From: Paraspadella gotoi
Taxonomy: Eukaryota; Animalia; Chaetognatha
Assembly: GCA_051294375.1 (NCBI GenBank)
Contig: CM119266.1
Coordinates: forward strand, 1,555,554 to 1,619,537
Reading direction: 5' to 3'
DNA length: 63,984 nt
Positions 19,936-33,100 of this stretch are shown here, piece by piece. The notes under the pieces are model-generated. The model was not told where the DNA came from, did no database searches, and saw nothing but the letters and a program-made list of their open reading frames with translations. Both the position numbers and the translations under genes were made by a program. How positions within the stretch are numbered: the first letter of the stretch is position 1; each line of letters starts with the position of its first letter.

Positions 19936-21402
19936 TCACAAAGCATCTATCTGCCGCAAATCGCTCGGGGAGACGCATATCTTGTAAGTGTAGACGCCCG
20001 GCGCCGCCCAGCATTGCAAATTGCCGCAACAGTTTCTCTCGTAGTCGGGATCGATGAGACAGTAGCTCATTTTGCCGGCGCAGTTGTCTTGTTGGTTGAG
20101 TGGTGATTGGTTAACCTGTTGTGGGTTGCCATTTATTGTTGGTTGATTGGTTGATTGGTGATTGGTTAACCTGTTGTGAGTTGCCATTGAATTGTTGGTT
20201 GATTGGTTGATTGGTGATTGGTAAACCTGTTGTGGGTTGCCAATGAATTGTTGGTTTGTAGTCGGGCATTGCCTAGGTTCACCCCGCCTATAAGCATGAC
20301 ACCTTCAGTCCTGACCCGGTGGCTCATTGAGTAAAGCCATCAGCTCATGACCACTAGGTACCGGGTTCAATCCCAACCTGGTACCTACCCTGCGGGAAGC
20401 GTGAGGACGGCCGTAAGCCGCCTTGGTGGCGTGGCAACCCCTCAAGCCTGGTTCAAGCCCAGGACCCGTTCCATGGCTACTAAAGGGGGTTATAGAAGTT
20501 ACGGATAGTCATCTTCAGCCCACTGTAGCGCCTTATCCACACTGGTGAGCCCATCCTGTCGAGCGTATTCCAACCTTCTGATTCCAGGCCCATGGACGTG
20601 CTGAAGATTGCTCCCCTCCCTCCACTGGAAGCAGTGCAGGGTGGGTTACAATCTGGGGGGCATGTAGTCGGGCATTGCCTAGGTTCACCCCGCCTATAAG
20701 CATGACACCTTCAGTCCTGACCCGGTGGCTCATTGAGTAAGCCATCAGCTCATGACCACTAGGTACCGGGTTCAATCCCAACCTGGTACCTACCCTGCGG
20801 GAAGCGTGAGGACGGCCGTAAGCCGCCTTGGGGCGTGGCAACCCTCAAGCCTGGTTCCAAGCCCAGGACCCGTTCCATGGCTACTAAAGGGGGTTATAGA
20901 AGTTACGGATATCATCTTCAGCCCACTTAGCGCCTTATCCACAGGTTGATTGATGATGGGTTAACCTGTTGTGGGTTGCCATTGAATTGTTGGTTGATTG
21001 GTTGATTGGTGATGGGTTAACCTGTTGTGGGTTGCCTTTGAATTAACTTGACTTAGTTTTAACTTTTAACGTTTATAATAAAATAAAGTCACTGCGAGGC
21101 AACACACTGGATGAACCGATCATGTTTTATCTATTGATCGAATGTATTTGGGACGACGGTTGTTGTTATTATTGTTTGTTGTTGTTATTATTGTTTGTTG
21201 TTGTTATTAATGTTTGTTGTTGTTATTATTGTTTATTGTTGTTATTACTGTTTGTTGTTGTTATTATTGTTTGTTGTTATTATTACTGTTTGTTGTTGTT
21301 ATTACTGTTTGTTGTTGTTATTATTGCTTTACCCACCTCTTGGTCGTTTTGGTCGGACGACGTTACCAAAAGAATAAGCGACGCGAAAATCCATGGATTC
21401 AT
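19936..21402 (-). CDS. Secreted inhibitor-cystine-knot (knottin) peptide precursor, 73 aa; exons 21402-21333 and 20087-19936
   Basis: MNPWIFASLILLVTSSDQNDQEV-D-NCAGKMSYCLIDPDYERNCCGNLQCWAAPGVYTYKICVSPSDLRQIDAL*. Phase-1 GT-AG intron; C-x6-C-x9-CC-x4-C-x11-C. Confidence 0.75.
20089..21045. repeat. ~55-56-bp minisatellite interrupted by the TRIM
   Basis: ggttgattggtgattggttaacctgttgtgggttgccattgaattgtt units on both sides of the insertion. Confidence 0.8.
20257..20943 (+). mobile_element. Complete TRIM with tRNA-derived LTRs (Ajax-like); LTRs 20257-20541 and 20663-20943
   Basis: TG...CA LTRs, GGTT TSD on both sides, PBS TGGTGAGCC at 20543, GGGGGG PPT at 20655-20660, A/B boxes inside each LTR. 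Confidence 0.88.
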
Positions 21403-21622
21403 TTCCCAAATATGAAAATGGTAACTACGACATTGTTCAATGTTCATCCCTTTCAAAGCAGCTATGCCGCTTCATTACTGTCTCGTTCTTATGATACTTC
21501 CTGTTCTAACACAATTACATAGTCTACTATCAGTTGGCTAATTACTAATTGACAACGTGAGGTAAGTAAATAACGTTTATCAAATCACAAAAACTAAATT
21601 AGTTAATTTACAAATACAAATG

Positions 21623-23324
21623 TCATAAACAGTTGATCCCCTTGACTCCCTTCTTCTCAATCTCTTCGGGCTTTAGACCTGAAGACGGGATCTTGCAGAT
21701 CGTCAAACTTGCCCAACGCCTCTTTGAGCTTGGATTGAATTCTCTTTTGATGGTCGATCTAATGAAAAAATACATTGCCATTTGAATAAAACATTTCTTT
21801 CTTTCTTTCTTTCTTTTTTTCTTTTTTTCTTTTTTTCTTTTTTTCTTTCTTTCTTTCTTTCTTTCGTTTTTATCCCCTCTCTTCACCTGTTGCCTCAAAA
21901 ATGTCTTCATTATATTTTTCAAGTCTTCATTCTTGGAATCTTCGTAGTGACGAATCTCTGCCAACACGCTCCTAGTGATCAGAGTTCCCCGATCCGCGAT
22001 CCCTAAGGGTGAGGGGCGGTGGAGGATACTTTCTCAATTAAAACCCCTTCCACACCCTCTTCTCACTTTTCCTCTCCTCTTCCGTCGGTCCCTCCGCCGC
22101 TCCGGCTGCTCGCTGCGCTTCCCCGCTCTTCGCCGCCGCGCTGGCCTGCAGCTGCAGCGCAGTGGGGAATCGCTCAAGCAGCCCCTTGTGCTCCAGCAGC
22201 TTCTCGGTGAGCGGGATCCAGTCGAGGTTGGGCTGACGAGAATGGAGCTCGCCGACGTCGTTGAAGGCGTGGGCGGCGGACTCGATGGCCTCCTGTGTGG
22301 GGTGTTGAAGGAGAATGAAAGAGGGTGGAGTTAACCTCGGGACGGCACAGTCGACCACAATGAAGCACACTGTCGTGTGTAGGATCTGTAAATATGAAAG
22401 ACACAAGAGGACGGGGACGCCAACTAGGACACACACTCGAACAAGTACTTTCTTTAAGTATAACACATAATGCTCACAGAGCTGTAAAGGGAATAATAGA
22501 AAATAATAATAATAATAATAGAAAATAAGTAAATAATATGCATCAGTAAACAATAAGTCATTGGATGATGTTCTTCATGAAGTTTTCTACATTAAATTGA
22601 AAGGGGTTTTGAAGAAGATAGAGTGTGGAGGATATTTAGATTTCTATTGTCTTACTCTTAACCCTGTACTTTTCTCAGCACTATTTTCTGAAAGCGCGCG
22701 ATTTCTGTCTTTGATCCCTGAATTTAATTTTAACCTTAATATTTAATTCTAGTCATATCCCGAATGATCTATTCAACCCTAAACCCAAACCCTTAACACT
22801 GATCAAATATCTTACTAATCTCAAACCCTGATCTTATTCCTGTTTTTTAATTTTATTTTAAACCTAAAAAATACTTTAATTCCGAATTTGAGTTGAAATG
22901 GGGCGCTTTTGAATAACATGGCACTACTCGTCGTCTTTCTCCATTTCTTATTATCTCCGTTTTCCATTCAATCCCCCACGAACCCTCCCAACTCCCAACT
23001 CCCAACTCCATCAAGCCCAAGAACAACATCAAACCCCATCGACTCCACCTTCATGGCCTTCGTCTCAGGCCTCCGCCTCGAATCCACGAAAGAGTTGGCG
23101 AGATTGTGGAAGGCGCCACCGACGCCTCTGTAGTGTGACCGGAAGTGTGTCTGCATCTTCTTGGCGGTGTCGGCGGAGGCGGCGATGGATTTGGAGACGC
23201 CCTCCGTCAAGAGGCTCGAGGATTTTCGGAAGTCTTCCACGCGGGACTCGGCCTTTAGTGGAGGGAGGAGGAAAAGGTTTGCGCGGGAGATTTTGGGATT
23301 ATCCAAGTTTGTTTCGGAAAAGTT

Positions 23325-23369
<45 letters not shown>

Positions 23370-26047
23370 CTCTCCTTCTCTCACCTCTCCCGCATCCATC
23401 GCCGCGTAATCGTTAACCGCGTGAAAGAAGCTTCCTCCAACCAGCGCGTCCGCTTCCGCCTTTCGCTTCCCGTCCTTCCACTTTTGCTCGTCGTCGCAGG
23501 TGAGGAAAAGCTGGAAGATGCGATCGAAGGTGCAATCAAAGATGTGGTAGAAGATGCGATCAGAGCAATTGCAGTTTGAAGCGATACCATGGTTGATGAG
23601 AATCCAATCAAAGGTAAAGCAGTCGAAGAAGATGCGGTCATAGGAGTTACGGTTAAAAGATATGCAATTAAAATTAATGCAGTTGGAGGCGGTAGGACAA
23701 AAGGCCATCAAAGATTATTAAGTTGAATAATGATTGATTAAAAACACTCGTCTTATCAGTATATATATATATTTGTAATTCTTGGTTATTATGTTTATAT
23801 TTTATACTGTTTTATCCCAATTTTCAACCTGAAAGACGGCGGAAGAGGCGACGACGGGGTGTTTGCACATGCGATCGATCCACGCCTGCAATTGGCGCAT
23901 GCGCCCTTCGATGAAATCCTCCTCATACCGACCAGTGACTTTGGCGTCGGGCAGCGGAGGGATGCAGACCACGGGGTATTTGTGGATGAGGCGTTTGTGC
24001 AGCCAATCGAATTGTTTGTAGCGACGGGACACCTTAGTGGATTAGTATAATGAAATCAATATATATGCAAGATATATTGTAAAACGTTAAAATTCTTCGT
24101 TGAAAATTTGTCGTGAAAAAGTTTAACGAAATAAAATAACTAAATATGATTAATAAGTAGAACAACAAATGCTATTTTAATCACTGGATCGATTATGCAA
24201 TCAAATAACCAATCAATCATGAAAGCAATCAATCAACAAATCAATCCAGATCAATCATTTAATTAAATATTTAAAGAGTTAATCAACCAATAAATCACTT
24301 CATCATTTTTTTCCTCCCCCACCTGCGTGTCTCCGAAAGATGGCGTGATGGAGTAAGCGATGTAAGACTTCATCCCGCGAAACTTGGCCTCCTTCTTCGG
24401 CGAATCAACGCGACACTGGAACTCTCCGACTCGAGGCGCCCAACTGGGGCATCCCAGTTCATCGTCCACGAGGTCGACCAGGTCCTCGTCGCTGAGGGTC
24501 GGGGGCTGAAGACGGTTGGGGGTTAAGTGGATGCTAGATGATTGGGGTTGGGTTGTTAAGCGTTAACACGAAGAGCGAATCCATTTTTATAAGAATCATT
24601 TATAAAATGATAAAAATCGTATAACACAATCGTTAAATCGACATTAATATAGAGCTTATTCAAAAAATTGTTAATTTTGTCAGCGGTTGTGTTAACAATT
24701 TATATTTGTATGCATTGCGAAATGAAATAGTGAAATAGTGAAGACATCTTCGTTGTTACATTGACGACAACAACGACAACAACGACAACGATCGCCCACC
24801 TCGCTCGTTCCCATCAGATACGCCTCCCCGCCGTTCTTGACGAAGGCCGAGAACATATCGAAGACGCCGACGCCGCCGCCGCCGCCGCCGCCGGAAGACG
24901 TGCCGGCGACAGAGGCGCGGTTAGAATATCCGCCGGACGAAGTCAAGGATTTCCGGAAAGTCGGCGCGGATTGGACGGAAGACCGGGAGTTTTGCCGGAG
25001 GGTCACCGGCTGAGTAAAAGGGGAGAGGAGCGGGTGAATCAACTCCGTCACGCTTACGATTTGTCGTCATCTATTGCCCCCTTATCTCTATCCCATAAAA
25101 TTGGTAGTTGCTACTTTACTCATCCCTACACCCGGTCATGTTTTTCTCCATCTCTGACTTATCCATTAGTCGTTTTTTTTGTTTATTCTCCCCATTAAAT
25201 ACAAACTTTTCACTTTGGTCATCATCCCTTGCCCCACCTTTATCTCTGACCCATCTCCGTGACTCTTTTCGCCTTATCATCTCTTCCCTCCCGCTCCATC
25301 TCTAACTCACCATCTCTTCCTTCCCGCTCCATCTCTAACTCACCATCTCTTTCCCTTACCGTCGCTACGATTTCCCCCGACGAAGAACCGGAAGCGACAA
25401 TCGTCGTCGTCTGCATCGTCATCGTCTCCATCATCGTCGTCGTCGTCGTCGTTCCTTCGTCGTCGTCCTCGTCCTCCGAGAAGGAAGAGCTCCAACCTTC
25501 GTTGTCGTATCCTCCTCCTCCTCCTCCTCCTCCTCCTCCTCCTCCTGAGGAGAAGCGGGAGGAGCGAGAGGAGCGAGAGGAGCGAAGAGGAGCCGAGGAA
25601 GGAGGAGCAGGAGCAGGAGGAGGACTCGCCGGACGTGGAGGAGGAGCGGAAGATGAAGGAGGAGGAGGAGGAGGAACGGAAGATGGAGATGGAGGAGGAG
25701 GAGGAAGAGGCTCCTCCAACACTTCGTAGACTTTCGAGTCAGCCAGCTCCGCCTCCTCGGGAGCCAAGTAGGTCGTCGGGAAGAGGCCACGCCTTCCGGA
25801 GGCGTCGATCGCTTCCGACCATCCGTCGCCGGCGTCGGCTTGGACGAGGAGGACATCGCCGACACGAGCCGACACTCCTCGTCGACGTTGGCGTCGAAAT
25901 CGAAGAGGACGACGAAGCGAGGGCGGTGGGGGGAGGTGGGGCCGGTGGGGCGGGTAGGTGAGGCTGGGAGGAAAAAGGGGAAAGAGGGGTGAGATTAAAA
26001 AAAAGAAATTGATTTATATTTCATTTTATTTTATTAAATTAAATTAA

Positions 26048-26131
<84 letters not shown>

Positions 26132-26348
26132 AAAATCCGATCTTCCCCCCCCTTTCTTCACTCACCCCCAACCGCTCGACGAAAGATTCCGGAACGAAGC
26201 CTCGATTTCCGAGTTCATCCTCGGCGTCGATCCATCCTCCGGCGACGGCGCCGAGGACCGACAATTCCGCGCCGACTGAGACCGACAACTCGCCCTCCAC
26301 GTCGGAGGAGAAGGGGAAGAGGACGCGGGCTCGGGAAGGGGTCGTCAT
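21623..26348 (-). CDS. SNX9/18/33-like sorting nexin (SH3-SH3-low complexity-PX-BAR)
   Basis: SH3 ARVLFPF..GWIDAE..RGFVPESFVE; second SH3 VLFDFD..DGWSEA..RGLFPTTYL; FVKNGGEAYLMG; KFRGMKSYIAYSITPS; RRYKQFDWLH..PPLP..GRYEEDFI; WKDGKRKAEAD; BAR helices. Confidence 0.9.
22684..22916. mobile_element. Second MITE copy with CCCTAA-like core
   Basis: ttttctgaaagcgc..atttc ... gaaatggggcgcttttgaataa inverted ends with internal aaccctaaaccc repeats. Confidence 0.55.
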
Positions 26349-27147
26349 CGTGTCGGGTTGTGGAAGAGGTCTGCGGGGCAGTGGTTAAAGGGTGGAATCG
26401 ATGGGGTTGGGGAAGAGGACTAGTTGTGGATATCTTATGGTTGTGGTTGTGGTTAACAGTGGAGTCGGGTGGGCTTAAGACTGAAATTCAGTTCGACGAG
26501 TTTGATTCTCTTTGATTGTCTTTCAAACCGACCGGTTCGGTTGGATGTTCGAGTTTGTGACCGATTTCGTTGGGAATATTTATAAAAATGTTGAGGGTAA
26601 AGACTAAGTAAGCTTCTTAGGTTGGCATAAAAGTTAAGCGTTTGAAAAGCAAGTCAATGTTCGGTGGAAGAGTGAGCAAAGCGACTTGGTCGAATTTAGA
26701 GTTCCCAAAAAAAGTGGGCGTCTTTTGAGTTGAGCGAAGTTGAAACAAAATATTCATGCGGTTTTCGTAAAGCAGAGTTTCTCAAATTTTAAATCAATAA
26801 TATCTCTAATTTCACTGACTAAATGAAAAGAGTATAAAGATAATATCCCGCATTTAATTGAGGAAAAAGCTCAACGCTGAAAATTACTGCTTTTTCTTGA
26901 ATTAAATGTAAAGTTTATTGAATTAAAGTTTTTTTGGTTTGTTTTTTTTTCAAATAATCTTTTCGGTTAGAAGTTTCTCAACTTTTGATTCAATTAGACA
27001 CTTATATTATATTATTAATAATATAATATTTTGTCATCAAAGAGAGGACCATAGTTAAATGTTATTAAAAAGGTGAGTTGAAAACAGTCGGGACAATTAA
27101 GCAGTAAAGTTGTTGTCAGGAATCTTGATTATCAATCTAAAACTGGA

Positions 27148-27235
<88 letters not shown>

Positions 27236-28725
27236 AAGAGATAAGGCGTTTAACTCAGAACCAGTTTTTGATCGAATCAATTCTCCTAATCTTTTTCGCG
27301 TAAAAGGTTAAAGAATTCCAAATTAATAAATTTAAATTAATTAATTAATTTAAATGCAGAAAGAGAAAAAAAGGAATAAATCTAAAAGGAAGAGTTACAT
27401 TGAAATATCTTATATCAACGATAATTTTTTTTTTTTTATAAATCATAAAACCTCAAATATGTCTCTAATTCTAATCCACCTTTCAATTGGTTTTAAAGAG
27501 TTATTTAGACTTTAAATAATATGATGTTGAAAATATCAATTGTGTATATGTTTTATTCGTAGAATATGTAATTTTGAAATACAAAGCAGAGAGAAAAAAA
27601 TATTGTGGTTACAAAATTTTATAATATGTTTTCTTGAGGAAGAAAACATGGTTTCTAAATTCCTAAACTAGTAAAAAAATATTTGGTAGACATCATTGCA
27701 TCCTAAGCGAGTGTACACTGGGTACGTACATTCGTAAACTCTCCCAACTATTCCATCCATATTACTTGAATCACGTACATAACCTAAGTGTTGATACGAC
27801 AAGTCAAGCTACAATTATCAGAATCTGTCAAAGGATTATAGGAGTTATAAAGAATTTATAAAAATGTATGAAAAAAAACTATTATTGTTATTATTAAAAT
27901 TTGCTCATAAATTTGTCTCTCTCTCTCCATTTTTCTGTCTGGGAATCTCTCTTCGCTCGTCTTCCAGTCGCGCCCTCTGCTCCCGGAGAGTCTTTCAAAG
28001 ACAAGCGTCATGAACAAAAGTCAACGAATGTCAACTTGACACGAAATGGACCCGGGGTTCTTGATGCCGCGTGATATTTCCAACTTTCAAGTGCATCTCA
28101 GACGGGGATGACGAATTAAGATTATGATATTTCTATCATATCTTTCCATGTTAAGTCAAACATAAATCGTTTTATTCATTTTTAATGATGAGGTCAGGCC
28201 GAGTCTAGCCTAAGGTATGTAACTTTAAATTTTAAATTTTGAAACTAATAATAAGGCTTTTAATTTGTCAAGTTCTGTCATCGTCTGATCTCACCTGATC
28301 CGAGGATTAGATTTAGTGTAAGATCATTTTGGTCGTCATCGTTTTCAAAAAAATAAATGTTAAAAGGCAATTTTACAAAATAGCATAAAAGCTTACGTAA
28401 ATCAGAGTGGCAACGAATCCTATCGATTAATCTAATGTACAACTTGTACATTATAAAGCATTAAACGGCCGCAATGTCTTATAAACCGACTCCAGACACC
28501 AGGAGCCAGACAGGTCATAGTCCGGTCATAGACAGTGATTTCACGTACTGACGCAAGTGAGAAGGCGACACGTTCAACGGTCAAGAGCCGAGGCTTATCT
28601 TCACATGTTCCTTCACCTATTTAATTTCCTCCTTCACATTAATGTCTACATTTTCTTCCACGACTCTCTTCTTGCACGCTCACTCATTGTAAAACTTTGA
28701 AAAAAAAAGAGAAAGCCGAGTGAAA

Positions 28726-29831
28726 ATGAAATTCTTTTTGGTTTTTGCCTTTTGCGCCTCGGTGTTCGTTTTGGCCAACGGGTAAGATTTTATGACGGTG
28801 GGTTACATATGTAGTAATGGCAAATTACATACATAAGCAGTCTGGTCAATTTTTATAAGTTCCTAGGATTTAGTTTGATACAGTTTTAGAATACTTGAAA
28901 AGTAATGGATTATTTTTTTTTACATTGATTTTGTAACGATAATTCTAATATTTTAATTTGTTTAGAAAAATTAGTATTACAACATCTAAGCGTAAATTTA
29001 AGTAAGAAGTTTTTGTTATTTATTTTCAAAAATGTAGTAGACGCTGATGAAGGCTTGAAACATTACAAGCCGAAACATGTCCGTATCTGAACAAATAAAA
29101 ATTCGTTGCACAATTCAATAAAACTTTAATTTTCTCCTAAGTAAGACGTTTAAATACTGGGCTGTCGAAAATACAAACCTGTAATTGTATACATGTATGC
29201 ATGTATAGTATCGAGACAAATAAAAAATTATCGCATTAAAAATTATGAAATTATAGTACATGAAAAGTTTTAAGAAAATAGTTTGTTGCTCAAAGAGAAT
29301 GGAAAACGCAAACAAACAAAAATGTTTAAGTTAAATATTTCATTTATTTGTTTATTTGACTTCAGAACTCCCCCAGAAGTAAGGCCGAACGTTTTTCGCC
29401 AAAATGGAACACGGAGGCAATCAATATGTGACTCAAGGAGAAATGGACAAGTTCGTAGGAGATCAGCAAATCAAAGTCAACAATCAATCATCAAATAATA
29501 TATCAATCAATCGATTTAATAAAAGTTACAATCAATCACGAATAAAATACAATGCGTCAATTATATTTATTTGAATTAACACAAGCGTTAGGTTTAACCT
29601 TTCGCTTTTTCCTGGATGTTAACTATATTAAGTTCTTAGATAATAAATAATAAAGTATTTTTTTCGCGCATTTCTGTTGTGCTCCATTCAACAAGTTATT
29701 TCAGCGTCTCTTAAACTTTAAACCAGTTTCGCGACGAGCTTCGATATGAACAACGACGGGGATGTTACGGTCGACGAATTTATAGTTCAAGCGAAAAGCT
29801 TGGGTTTGACCGACGACGAGGTGAGACTCCT

Positions 29832-29872
<41 letters not shown>

Positions 29873-30153
29873 GCTCACTTTCCTCAACATTTGTTCTTTG
29901 TCCTTTTAGTCTCCAATTGCCCGTATTTGACTTTCTCTCTCCCTTTTCTCTCTCTCTCTCTCTCTCTTTCCCTCTCTCTCTCTCTTCCTCTCCCCACCAG
30001 GCCGACGCTCTCGAAGACAAGATAAATGACAACGACGACAACTTCATCACTCAATCTGAGATCGAATCCACTTTTAACAAAATCGACGATCAAGATTCCG
30101 ACGATGAACAGATCACCTGGCCAGAATTCAGTGAACTTTGGGACGACATTTAA
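28726..30153 (+). CDS. Small secreted four-EF-hand calcium-binding protein
   Basis: Signal peptide MKFFLVFAFCASVFVLANG|gtaag; loops including ..GNQYVTQGE, DMNNDGDVTVDE, NDNDDNFITQSE and DSDDEQITWPE; four exons. Confidence 0.8.
29038..29088 (+). ncRNA. Minimal type I hammerhead ribozyme (Penelope-like)
   Basis: agacg CTGATGA a ggcttg-aaacatta-caagcc GAAA CATG TC cgt: intact core, 6-bp stem II, palindromic CATG stem III. Confidence 0.75.
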
Positions 30154-33100
30154 TTGGACAACAGTAGCGCCTCTTTCGGAAGGGGGGGGAAGAAAGTTTG
30201 AGCAGGGAGGGGCTGACTCTTTTGTTTAGGTGATACGTCTGAATCGTAACGTTGTTAAATTTATTTTTGAATACCTCATTTTTGTACCATAAAGGTTTCA
30301 TTCAGAGAACTACCGCCACAAGAACGAGATCGTGTACAGAAAAAAAAAAAGCTGGATTGAATTAGTATTTTATTTAAATGGAGGTTTAACTATTATTATT
30401 AGAAAGTGAATTTAAATATTAAAACTAGAATTATTGGAAATATTAACATGATGTTACCTCATTTGGCCAGTAAGGGTCATACTCCAGATGAGAGGGGGCG
30501 AGCGAGATCTGCTAGATCATCTCCTAGGAAAAATAAAAGAAGCAATTTTTTGAAGCGATACGCAGCGGCCAACTTTTCATATATCTGTATGTAGTATAGA
30601 ATGCAATAATTTTTTCGTTTGGATTAGTGATACATTTTTTATATACGAAGCTAAGAGTGAGTTGGAATTGTCCAAAAAATCGTAAAGAACGTTACGTGAG
30701 CTGTAGTATTTTAATACTGAGTAATTTTATACTGACGTCATGAATCCTCATCTGATCTGAATGCATTAGGACGGTTCAGCAATCAGCATACTAAATCCTT
30801 CAAACATTCCCAGTCACATTGTTCATAGGTATATATTGAATAATATGATTGCCTTCTTGCATAGAATAGAAAGAATCGTCCTGCGCAATTTGCTCCAGAC
30901 TCCTTACAGTGGTGGGGCATCAGCGGAGACTATCAATAAGAGTATGCCGAAGGGATAAGACGCGCTCGATGGCGAAAATAGACCCCAATGAGCCCTCATG
31001 ACCTGACCACACGACCAAATTTAGTGCGGAAAACGGGTTAATTTCGGTTTATAGAAATTACGCATGGATGGGGAATTAACGCTCTGGTTAACGAAATTTA
31101 AATAAATTCGCTACTTGGGGAAGCTTTTGGCGCCGAATGATCGGGTTTCTGACTGGAGATTTTTTTTATGCGAGCTCCTAAATTTGAACTTTCGTCTATA
31201 TTCAGCAGTGGTTGTTAAAGATTAAATAAAAACAGCCAAAAAAAAAAGATGGAATTCGACAATTAAAAGTAGGATTCAAAATAGCATTAAAATAGATTAA
31301 ACTGGAAGCCAGGAAATTGATTTAAAGATGTCGGATTTCGACTAAAAAACTTTTGTGAAATTCGAATTTTCGCACTCGCCGATTGGTCTCTTTGGAAATT
31401 TCTTTCATTTTTCCCTGCGGACTCAGATTAAACTTTGGCCTCTTCTTTCAAGACCTGGAAGCAGGAGTTTCAAGGTGGAGGGGCATGGTCCGCTGATCTT
31501 TGAGTGTCCTGCCTGCCTGCTCTCCTCTCTATTCTGCGTCAGAAATCGCGGCCTCGGCCGTTTCGCATGGTGCAAAGCTCCTCCAACGGTCTGGTCCTTG
31601 CATCGCCAGTCTGTCGGTCTCTTTTGCGCGCTTCAAACGCCGATTTCCCAGGCTCTGGATGGGCCGACGATTCGCGGCCGTCGTCTTTGCCGTGCCGTGC
31701 TTGGCAGTGGCGTCGATGTCTCGGACCGCTCCGGAATTGATCGATCCTAGGCGGAGCACTGCCCTTAGCGCCTGCCGCGCGAGCGACGCATCGTGATGGC
31801 TGGCCGGATCATGCATCTCGAAGGCGGGTGAAAATTTGGTGTGTCTAATTTTTTGCAACCAACAATAGTCGTATTTAATATTGAATACAGCCAGCGGAAG
31901 GTGGCAATGGTAATCGATGTTAAGTAAGTGAGACAGAGATTTCAAGTATGAAACCAAAGTGGGAGATTTTTATTCTCATGAATATAGACCATGAAGACAG
32001 TGTATAGGTCCTCTGTTAAGGCTAGGACCATGCAAAGCTTTTAATCAAGATATGATTTTTTTAAGGTGCTGCGGCCGCGAGTAGCTCGCGGAGGCAAAAA
32101 ATCTATAAAGAATACTTTTCATGTCGGTCGGTCTGTCGGTAATGTCCCATTGGGCGCCGTCGGCCCTAGTCCTTACCTTAACATTAAAAATGCTCATAAC
32201 TTAGCATAAGTTGGTTGCTGGCGAGTGGCTGCAGTTGATTAAGGAAGGGAAATCCTCAAACTTAATGTGAACTAACTAGGCGGTCCTGCTATCAGGATAA
32301 TGCCCTAAGAATTAAAGAAAAAAGGAAACAAAGAGACGGAATTCGTATGCAGTGCGTGGGGATAAAGAAATTTATTGTTTTCATGTCAGGTCTAATGTCA
32401 TTTGCAATGGTTATGTCATGTCAGGAAAAATAACAGGCGTGATAAGGACAGTCACTGCGCAAGCGCAACACATTTTCAAGTTTTAAGCGTATCTTAGTTT
32501 CTTAAAATCACATAACTGGAAAGATACTCGGCTTCCAAATAAAATTCAACGTCAACAAACAATAAATATTAAATTATCCAAGTGTAGACGTGAGAGACAG
32601 TAATTATTGATTAAGTGTATATAGTGACTAAGAACCGTTTCAAATATAAGATAGCATTCCTGAGCTTCGGATACGGCTGAACACCGGTTACATGAAGCGG
32701 GTTAGCGCCCCGTCACACTCTAAAACTAGCCAGACAAGACCAGCGCAAGGGCATAAGAACACCCGGGAACTTTATGGGTTGGAGGAGGCGAATAGACTTT
32801 GAGCCATCCGGAACCACCAATGGCCGTCTATCACAAACTTGCGAACGGTGACATGATTAACGACTGGTCGCCCTACATAACGAACAACAACTTGTGCCTC
32901 TAACCGTTTAAGACAAGCAGACGACGCGTTATCCATCCATCTAATCTGGCCGCCTATACGAGCGAGTCCGGCTGCTATGGTACAGAATCACGAGGCGTAG
33001 CCTTGCAATCGTATGCCATCGCCTATCACGCGTACGAAAAGGCAGCGACGCTGCTGCTCGGCCATCGCCATGCGGCTATCGCCAGCGGCGAAACGGCAAA

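Noticed and set aside
20313-20385. Functional tRNA-Met gene
   Set aside because: Anticodon and T stems are disrupted, there is no terminator, and it is an integral part of the LTRs.
20490-20640. Hammerhead in the TRIM (retrozyme), suggested by CTGAAGA on both strands
   Set aside because: No stem II followed by GAAA (GTAA or GTGC instead).
21122-21522. Cys/Tyr-rich and hydrophobic ORFs
   Set aside because: Translations of a (ttgttgtta)-type simple repeat in the knottin intron.
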